NCBI GenBank assembly: GCA_016783745.1
Contig: JADHVZ010000007.1
Coordinates: 259-64,258 of the forward strand
Direction of reading: 5' to 3'
Origin: Candidatus Omnitrophota bacterium
GTDB taxonomy: Bacteria > Omnitrophota > Gorgyraeia > JAHIPI01
DNA: 64,000 bases
The position numbers and the translations under genes are program-made. Position 1 is the stretch's first letter. The number at the start of each line of letters is the position of its first letter. A model generated the notes under the pieces. It had not been told where the DNA came from, made no database searches, and saw only the letters and a list, made by a program, of their open reading frames with translations. This document shows, piece after piece, positions 56,075 to 64,000 of the stretch.

Positions 56075-58312
56075 ATGCCAAAGCCAAAATTCAACGAAGA
56101 CACATTGTCAGAACAACCTCTCATAAAACAGCTCCATGAGCGGATGGGCTATGAATATATTCATGGAGACAATCTTGACCCTGATTTGCATGATGAATGT
56201 GAGCGCAAGTCACGTAGAGAAGTTATTCTGGTTGAGCGGTTGAAAAAGAAGCTCAAAGAGATTAACGATAATTTAACAGATGAATCAGTCGACAAGGCAA
56301 TACGCAAGATTACTCATATCCAGGCGGAGACCGCGCTTGAGGCAAATAAGATATTCCACAGCCGTTTGATTTCCGGGGTTTCAGTTGAGCAGGATGTGGG
56401 CGCGAGGCGGCAGAATGTAACAGTAAATTTTATAGACTTTAAGGATATTGGTAAAAATGAGTTTTTGGCTGTCAATCAATTTTGGGTAAGGGGCCCTAAA
56501 GAAACCTGCAGGCCGGATGTAGTTATTTTTATAAACGGTGTGCCCATAGTTGTCATTGAGTGTAAAAGCCCCGTAGCTAAAGACACAGGTGTTATTGACG
56601 CACAGCGCCAGTTAAGGCGCTATCAAAGAGATATTCCAGACCTATTCAGGACAAATGAAATTCTCATAGGCTGTAATCTTTTTGGCGCAAAATACGGGAC
56701 CATAGAAGCCCCTGAAGACAAATACCACGAATGGAAGGAGCAGGGTAAAGAGAAATTACCAAATATGGCCGAGCACCCTTCGGTGAAAGAGATGCTCAGA
56801 TTAGGACTGATTGACAAAAAAGACATAGGCAAACATCCTCCGATGCAGGAAATCCTCGCAGCGGCGGTACTCAATAAGAAAAATTTGTGCGATATAGTGC
56901 GGAATTTTATTGTTTTTGATTATGACAAAGAAAGCCATAAAGTAATTAAAAAGATTTGCCGTTATCAGCAGTTTACAGCTGTTAACAAAATTGTAAGGCG
57001 TGTTGTAGAAGAACCTGATAAGAAAGGAATTATTTGGCATTGGCAGGGTTCCGGCAAGTCGCTTATTATGGTCTTTGCCGCCATTAAATTAAGGCGGGAA
57101 GAAGAAAAGCTTAAGAACCCAATTATTCTGATTGTTACAGATAGGACTAAGCTGGATAGGCAAATAACAGAAAACTTCCAGAATTGTAATTTTCCAAATC
57201 CCCAGCGAGCCAAAAACATGAAGGAGTTGTACGCCTTACTTAAAAGTGGCACAGGCAACACTATTATGACTACTGTTCAGAAATTCAGGGCTGTTTTGGA
57301 TAAACCGTTATCACAAGAAGAGAATATTATTGTTATGACTGATGAAGCTCACAGGACTCAATACGGCGCCTTTGCCCTTAACTTACGAAAGGCATTGCCG
57401 AATGCGGGCTTTTTCGCGTTTACCGGCACGCCGCTCAATAAGCGGGACAGGAATACATACCGCCATTTCAGCCCGTCGCATGAACGTTATTTAGATAGAT
57501 ATGATATGCGCCAATCTAAGGAAGATGGGGCAACGGTCGATGTCAAGTACGAAGGCCGTATGGCTAATCTGCAGGTTGTTTGCGCCTCAATTGATAAACT
57601 TTTAAAAGAACTGTTTCCCGAAAAGACAAGCAGAGAAATTGCCGAGATTAAAAGGCGGTATGCCCGCATTGACACGATTTTAGAAGCGCCTCGTAGAATA
57701 GAACGGGTCGCTATGGATATCGTAACTCACTATAATGCTAAAATTGCGCCTAACGGTTTTAAGGCAATGATTGTTACTAACAGCCGGAAAGCTGCGGACA
57801 AATATAAGAAAACGCTTGATAAGCTAATAGATCCCTCCTGGTCAACGATTGTTATGACAGTAGATAATGATAGCCCGCAAGAATGGAAAGATAACTATAA
57901 GAGGACGCCCACAGAAGAAGAACACCTTACAGGCAAGGAAGTGTTTCAGAATCCGTCAAACCCTTTAAAATTTCTTATAGTCTGCGATAAACTATTGACG
58001 GGTTTTGACGCGCCTATTATGCAGGTTATATATCTTGACCAAAGGATGAAAGAACATGGACTTTTGCAGGCAATTGCAAGGACAAACAGGCCATACCCCA
58101 GAAAGAATTTCGGCTTAGTTGTAGATTATGCCGGGGTCGGGAAAGAATTAACACAGGCTCTGGCGATATTTGACAGAGAGGATCTTGACGGGCTTTTTAG
58201 CGTCGATGATATAAAGAAAGAATTAGCATCTATGAACGATGCCCACAGAAAGATAATGTGTATATTTAAGAAAATCAAACGCGAAAACAAGCCTAGTGAA
58301 GTAATTCAGCAG
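56075..58312 (+). pseudogene. hsdR: Type I RM restriction subunit, C-terminally truncated
   Basis: PD...ECK nuclease, QGSGKS, DEAHR, FTGTP and QAIARTNR motifs; after EVIQQ the frame runs into low-complexity non-HsdR sequence until 58555. Confidence 0.85.
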
Positions 58313-58528
58313 CGGGAGACTAAAAAGCTAATAATAAATCTGCTTTTTAAAAACATCAAAATCTCCCCCAAACGTCTTTTTTCTTTTAATTTCTTCGCCC
58401 CCTTCAATTTTTTCTTTTTTGAGGAAAAACAAAAATGTCAAGTCGTGAATTTACAAAGGGTTATGAAAAATCGCCCCCGAAGGTCTTTATCCGGACTTTC
58501 GGATAGGGGATGGGTGAGTAAATTTGGG

Positions 58529-60120
58529 TTATTTCTTCCAGGATATCGGGGATAGGGCTATGAGGACTGTGTAGATCTCTAGTCGGCCCAGCAACATGCA
58601 GAAGACCAGGACCCACTTTCCGCCGATCGGGATCCAGGCGTAATTCTCTGTCGCGCCGATACCTGATAGGCCCGGGCCTATGTTACACATGGTCGCCGCG
58701 ACAGTAGTAAAAGAGGTGGTAAAATCTCCTATAAAAAAGCTCATGATCAGCGAACAAACAGTAAATAGCGCCAGGAAAAGCACGACAAAACCTACGATGC
58801 TGGCTACCTGCCTGTCTTCTATCGTTTTCTTCGCTATCTTGACCGGCGCTATGATCCTGGGCTGAATAATCGTCCTTATCTCCCTGAAAGCGCTTTTAAT
58901 AGTGACCATGACCCTTACCATCTTTATACCGCCGCCGGTCGAGCCGGCACATCCTCCGAAAAACATAAGGACGACCAGCATATAACGGATAAAATTAGGC
59001 CATATATCAAAATCCGCAGTGCAGTATCCCGTAGTAGTAGTGATCGACACTACCTGGAATGCCGCGTGGCGCAGCCTGCCGCCAAAAGAGTCTATTTTTG
59101 TTCCTTCAATATTTATTTTTTCAGTAATAGCCTCTTCGGTCAAGGGCCGGCTGCGATAGCTTCTGCTTATCTGTTCCCGAGAATTAATGCCGCTTGATTG
59201 AAGGACAAATGTACTCAGTAAAACCGCTATTAAGATAACAGCCAGGTAGAAATGGAGTTCTTTATTGCTTCTGAGGAGGGTGAATTTTCTTCCGAATAAG
59301 ATCCTGTAGTGAATGACAAAATTCATGCCGGCGAAAAACATAAATATAATGATCACCCACTCTATAAAGGCGCTGTTATAGGCCCCTATAGACGCGTTCT
59401 TTGTGGAAAATCCGCCGGTAGCCATGGTGCCGAATGAATGACATATCGCGTCAAAAAACGTCATTCCGCCTATTTTGAGAAGGGCTGTTTCGATCAAAGT
59501 CAGCACAACATAAGTCCCCCCACAGGATCTTCGCGGTCTGCGCAAGCCGGGGTTTAAGCCGTTCAGCGGCAGGCCCCGGGACTTCACCCCGAAACATCTG
59601 GTATCCGGCGATGCCAAAAACCGGTAATATAGCAAGGGCAAGGGTTATAATACCCATCCCGCCCAGCCAGTGCGTTAAGCTCCGCCAGAAAAGTATACCC
59701 TGCGGCAATCCCTCGATCTCGGTCATGATGGTGGCGCCGGTAGTGGTAAAACCGCTCATGATCTCGAAGTAGGCGTCAGTAAAGGCGTGTGTAAAAACAC
59801 TCAATGTGAGGCCTCCGGCCTGAGAAAGAAAATAGGCCGTAAGAGGTATGCAACCGAAAAGCGTTAACAAAAACCAGCCAAATGTCACTATGGCAAACCC
59901 TTCTCTTATGCCGGTTCCCGTCAACTCGTTTTTTCCGAAGAGTTTAAGGATGTTTCCGAATATAAATGAAGCTGCTATAGCGATAATAAAACCGAAAAGC
60001 CTGTGATCAAAAATAACTGCGGGAAAATTTCTTGAGGGGATCTCGAAGAACGCTATTAATGCCGGCACGATCAACAGATATGAAAGGATCTCCAGCAGTT
60101 TCCCTATCGAATAGGTATGG
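58529..60120 (-). pseudogene. trkH: TrkH potassium uptake permease, frameshifted and lacking its start
   Basis: [22 protein letters not shown] and NIGPG pore motifs split over two ORFs; G6 run at 59516-59521 breaks LWGTYVV. Confidence 0.85.
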
Positions 60121-61374
60121 AATGATCACTTTATCTTCACGCACAATAGCGCCGACAATAATGGATTTCTTGAATGACGTATCAAGTTCCCGTAAAGATT
60201 TGCCGGTGACGAAACTGCGCCTGCCCGCTTTAAGGCGCAGGATCTCAATGGCGGCTGTCTTCAGTTTTAGGCATGTGCCGATAGGGGCTATCTGGATGTT
60301 TTCTATGATCATATTAGCCGTTATTTCCTGAGGATTGACTACGTGGTCTATCCCCAGAGAGTCAAAGAGCCCTATATAACGATCGTCATTTCTGAGGGCG
60401 ATGACCATATCGGCTCCCGTATTTTTTGCCATTAGACACGACATGATATTATCCTCCGAGTCTTTACCCGCGGCGATAAAGCAATCGGCATGCTCGATGT
60501 GCAGGTCCTGCAGGATCTCGCTGTTCGTACAATCACCATGGAAGACCTGGACGCCATCAAGTATCGTGGCCGCCATATTTCCGTGATCATGGTCCGGATC
60601 GATAAGTAATATCTGCTCACCTAAAGGTTTTAATGTCTTAGCAAGGTTGATGGCTATCAAAGATTCGCCCGATATCACGATCTTCTTCAGCTTGGCGGAT
60701 CTGCTGCCTATGAGTAGACGAAAATCCTTAAATGATTCTTTAGGCATAATAGCTACGATCTTATCTCCGGGTGAAAGCCTCTGGCTTCCTATAGGGGGCA
60801 GACTCTTCTCATCGCGTATGATCGCTACTATAAGTATGGGTGAGGGCGCGGACATCTGTTTTACTTCGGCAAGCGTTTTATTAGCAATAGGCATATTTTC
60901 GGTTACGCGATAATCACGAAGGTAGATATTTCCTGACTGAAAATTCGCCGTCTCGATAACACCCGGCAATTCAACATATTGAAGGATCTTCTTCGCCACT
61001 TCCCGTTCAGGCTCTATTACATTGGTAACGCCCAGCTTTTTGAGATCGACACAGAAGGCGGTAGTATACATATCGGATTTGAGCCTTGCGATGCGCTTTT
61101 CAACACCGTTCTGCATAGCAAAGTTACAAGCCAGCAGATTGGTCTCATCATCAGGAGTGACGGCAATAAGCATGTCCGCAGATTTTATTCCGGCAGCCTC
61201 AAGAATGGCGGGAGAACTGCCCTTGCCCATCACCACAAGGATATCAAGCTTTCTTTTTATCTGTTCACAAAGAGACTTATCCTGCTCGATGATAGAAATA
61301 TGGTATTGCAGGTTGTAGAAATATTCAGCCAGGCTGAATCCCACTGTCCCCGCGCCGACGATAATGATATCCAT
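60007..61374 (-). CDS. trkA: TrkA potassium uptake NAD-binding subunit with aberrant C-terminus
   Basis: IIVGAGTVG, two RCK units; TrkA-like sequence stops at KVIIP (about 60119). Confidence 0.88.
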   Translation of the reverse strand: MDIIIVGAGTVGFSLAEYFYNLQYHISIIEQDKSLCEQIKRKLDILVVMGKGSSPAILEAAGIKSADMLIAVTPDDETNLLACNFAMQNGVEKRIARLKSDMYTTAFCVDLKKLGVTNVIEPEREVAKKILQYVELPGVIETANFQSGNIYLRDYRVTENMPIANKTLAEVKQMSAPSPILIVAIIRDEKSLPPIGSQRLSPGDKIVAIMPKESFKDFRLLIGSRSAKLKKIVISGESLIAINLAKTLKPLGEQILLIDPDHDHGNMAATILDGVQVFHGDCTNSEILQDLHIEHADCFIAAGKDSEDNIMSCLMAKNTGADMVIALRNDDRYIGLFDSLGIDHVVNPQEITANMIIENIQIAPIGTCLKLKTAAIEILRLKAGRRSFVTGKSLRELDTSFKKSIIVGAIVREDKVIIPYLFDRETAGDPFISVDRAGINSVLRDPLKKFSRSYF

Positions 61375-61468
61375 ATCATATTCTCCCGATAATCGGATAA
61401 TAGGTTACAATATAAGCTGTTTATTGTCGAGAGATTAAGCAGTTAAAGGAAGGTCACAAGGGGCTATT

Positions 61469-62170
61469 TTAATCCGCCAACGCGTTTAACTTTTCCTGCG
61501 TCAGGTCTCTCAGGCGGGAAAAATCGCCGGCCTTAAGGTCTGTGGTGTCGATCGGCGGAAGAACCGTCAGCTTTCCGTTTACCTTGGCCTTAAAGACCCA
61601 GCTGCCCTTAGGTATAGCGTCCCTCGTACCGCTTATGCAGACCGGAAGGATCGGTTTCTTTTCTTTTATAGCGAGCTTAAAGGCGCCGTTCTGGAACTTG
61701 TTCATATCATCCGTATCGCTGCGCGTGCCTTCCGGAAAAAAGAGTACGGACATGCCGTTTCTCAGCCATAAAGCGGCCTCACGATATATCTTTTTAATAC
61801 TCCCGAAATCCCCCCGGGAAAGCACAATATGGTCACCGACCCAGATCAGGCCTCCGATAAACGGTATGTTGAGCAGGCTCTTCTTCGCCACCCATTTGAA
61901 CTGCATACGGGTCTTATACATAACGACGATATCGGCCAGGCTCTGATGGTTGGCCACTATCACATACGTCTGATCGCGAACGATATTCTCCAGCCCCTTT
62001 ACTTCAAGGCCCCAATACGGGTTCAGGCCTAAAAGGGCATCTGCCCACCAGAAGCACTGTGCGTGGACGATCCTTCTCTGCTTATCGAAAGGATAGAGCA
62101 CTATTCGCAAGAAAAGGCTCACTAAATAGACCAACATAGTTAAAAAAGCGCTGGCCACCCATATCGCCAT
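61469..62170 (-). CDS. plsC: 1-acyl-sn-glycerol-3-phosphate acyltransferase
   Basis: NHQSLAD and FFPEGTRS motifs. Confidence 0.9.
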   Translation of the reverse strand: MAIWVASAFLTMLVYLVSLFLRIVLYPFDKQRRIVHAQCFWWADALLGLNPYWGLEVKGLENIVRDQTYVIVANHQSLADIVVMYKTRMQFKWVAKKSLLNIPFIGGLIWVGDHIVLSRGDFGSIKKIYREAALWLRNGMSVLFFPEGTRSDTDDMNKFQNGAFKLAIKEKKPILPVCISGTRDAIPKGSWVFKAKVNGKLTVLPPIDTTDLKAGDFSRLRDLTQEKLNALAD

Positions 62171-62388
62171 TGATTTTATACTTTGCGGGAAAAGCTGTAT
62201 TGGGTTAGTTATTATTAAACTCCTTTATACTTATATACTTAAAGTGTGACTTGACAGCTTTGGTCCTGATCACGGCGCTCTTGTGTCTGATTAAATTTTC
62301 TTGCACTTGTGTCATTATTGCATAAACTTAAACACAATTCAAGAACTTATCCATGAAGATTGCCATATCCATATAGTTCCGGGCAGCT

Positions 62389-62916
62389 TTATTCGGGGTA
62401 ATTTTTTAAACGCTGTAAAAAACGTTTATATAGGAAATAAAGGCCGACAAGGACGATAAATCCGACGATCATCTCCTTTGTCGATCGCTGGTTCATGAAC
62501 TCGATGTAGCCTTCTTTTTCGACTTCCGGCCGTAATAGAATCGGGCCTTTTTTCATCGTTTGATCAGTTTCAAATGGCCTCTTTCTCACCTGTGGCCTTT
62601 CCCATCTGGCCTTCCTCAGTATGCGCTGCTTCTCCTTCTTGATCTCCTTTATGCCTCCGCCCTCTGTGCCTAACCCGCTTTCTGAAGGTACGTACTTCCT
62701 TGTTGGAGCTACTTGCTCATAATCGACTGTCCCGGCCCGCTCGCCGCGTTCCAGCTCTTCCTCCGGCGCCTGTGCGTCGTCTGAAGCTTCTCTGAATTCA
62801 ATACCCTCGCCCCGCTCTATCGGCATAAGCGCTTGCAGAGAATATGGCATTGCCAAAAGAACAATAAATATAAATAAGACGATTAAAATAGGATTTATTT
62901 TGACATTCTTATTCAT
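62389..62916 (-). CDS. Hypothetical protein with signal peptide and C-terminal TM helix
   Basis: 175 aa ORF with RBS; hydrophobic ends. Confidence 0.6.
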   Translation of the reverse strand: MNKNVKINPILIVLFIFIVLLAMPYSLQALMPIERGEGIEFREASDDAQAPEEELERGERAGTVDYEQVAPTRKYVPSESGLGTEGGGIKEIKKEKQRILRKARWERPQVRKRPFETDQTMKKGPILLRPEVEKEGYIEFMNQRSTKEMIVGFIVLVGLYFLYKRFLQRLKNYPE

Positions 62917-62940
62917 GCCTGGCTCCTATAAGATGAACCA

Positions 62941-64000
62941 TTAGGGCGCTTCTTCCCACCAGCCGACCACTTCCGCATGTTCTGAGAACGGCAGTTCCAG
63001 ATCGATCAGCCAGTTAGGATCGTCATTATATCTACTGTGGAGCCTTTCATCGTAATTCATGGTTATGGTGTAATAGGAAGCTACCGCTTCGTCTTTGGAG
63101 ATTATCGCGCCGTTGACGACTATTCTGTTGCCCCACCCCGCGAGTGAGTGATTGGTGTAAAATATGCCTTCAATCTTACTGATATTATCTGTGGCAATAT
63201 CGTTGAATTCTTCGACACCCTCCGGAACATTGTTAAAAGCGGTGATGTCGGCCCCCGTCTGCACGTCTGTCCAGCTATAATTCTCATCGAATACGCCGTC
63301 TTCGTCGAGGTCTTCATAGCCGGCCTGAAATGTCCCGTCATCCTCTCCGGTATCATCGGTATCGGGAATGCCGTCTTGCCCGACATCCTCGCTGCCCATG
63401 CCGAAAAGGTAATTGTTGGCCAGCCACTGCCAATTGCCGCTTGTATAGTCTCCCATGACAATATTCTCGGAAGCCGCAAAACCAACGATATCCTTACCGG
63501 CATTGTCATCCACCCATTGGTTTATCGTCTCAATGTCATCGGAAGAAGGCCTGGAAGTATTTGGAGGATCATCGTATTCTATGTTTCCCGCAACATAGAG
63601 ATTCCTTCCCGCATAGATCGTCCCTTGTCCGGTCACGTTGCCCCTGATGACGACATCTCCTCTCACCACAACAGGACCGTTTATCTCTATCGGCTGATCC
63701 GGTGTCCCTATCAATACGATGTTACCGCTTTCTCCTTCGTCGTCCCCATACACACCGCTTACGATGGTGGTGCCGCCTGATGAGATAACGCCCTCTTTCG
63801 CCGTGGCCCTTGTTTCATAGTAGGTCAAATCCCGCAGGTTAGGCATCTCCAGGATAGGCGAATTCGGATGCTGATAAATATACTCGCCATCCTGTACCGT
63901 GCCGGCTTTACCCAATACATTCTCTCCGCCGCCGATCTCCTGTCCGGCATATATCTCCCCTTCGACGGTCGGACCGTAGCGGAAGTCGAATCTACCGTTT
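62941..64000 (-). CDS. C-terminal part of a PilX-like pilus-associated protein (runs off the window)
   Basis: Frame is open to the window edge; INGPVVVRGDVVIRG beta-solenoid, DGIPDTDD Ca-type loops, MNYDERL...WWEE ending. Confidence 0.55.
   Translation of the reverse strand, partial: NGRFDFRYGPTVEGEIYAGQEIGGGENVLGKAGTVQDGEYIYQHPNSPILEMPNLRDLTYYETRATAKEGVISSGGTTIVSGVYGDDEGESGNIVLIGTPDQPIEINGPVVVRGDVVIRGNVTGQGTIYAGRNLYVAGNIEYDDPPNTSRPSSDDIETINQWVDDNAGKDIVGFAASENIVMGDYTSGNWQWLANNYLFGMGSEDVGQDGIPDTDDTGEDDGTFQAGYEDLDEDGVFDENYSWTDVQTGADITAFNNVPEGVEEFNDIATDNISKIEGIFYTNHSLAGWGNRIVVNGAIISKDEAVASYYTITMNYDERLHSRYNDDPNWLIDLELPFSEHAEVVGWWEEAP

Noticed and set aside
50495-58484. 13-bp direct repeat CGCCCCCGAAGGT at 50495 and 58472 as att sites
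   Set aside because: It does not coincide with the gene-break junctions (about 50204 and 58312) and resembles the REP-like hairpin starts common in this window.
58313-58555. Novel C-terminal domain of HsdR
   Set aside because: It is Phe/Lys-rich read-through of AT-rich intergenic DNA after a break.

Overview
Gram-negative bacterial chromosome segment. The gene mix (ExbBD-TPR-vWA, PKD/GH surface proteins, zincins, PilX-like tail) suggests the PVC group, possibly Omnitrophota; this is inference only. In order: two GT-C/ArnT-like glycosyltransferases; a tRNA-Arg(ACG) hotspot with nested IS3/IS701 debris, REP-like palindromes and a tandem array that repeats the tRNA 5' end; an exbB-exbD-TPR-vWA operon; a long minus-strand operon (gcvT/H/PA/PB, lipoate ligase, pta, hldD, cupin-radical SAM fusion, citryl-CoA lyase-like); two large surface proteins; fur-feoAB; mnmG; FecR and beta-barrel genes; two STAS proteins; a lexA-Y-family polymerase cassette with its own GAAC-N4-GTTC box; envelope glycosyltransferases; glnS; two zincins; a roughly 8 kb island (structured non-coding DNA, radC/JAB, type I RM with a nucleotidyltransferase plus HTH pair between hsdM and hsdS, truncated hsdR) that appears to split a PKD gene; broken trkA/trkH; plsC. 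Best candidates for undescribed biology: the NTase/HTH pair inside the type I RM locus, the TonB-like vWA protein with ExbBD, and the tRNA-5'-end array. All calls come from motif reading by eye; no searches were run.
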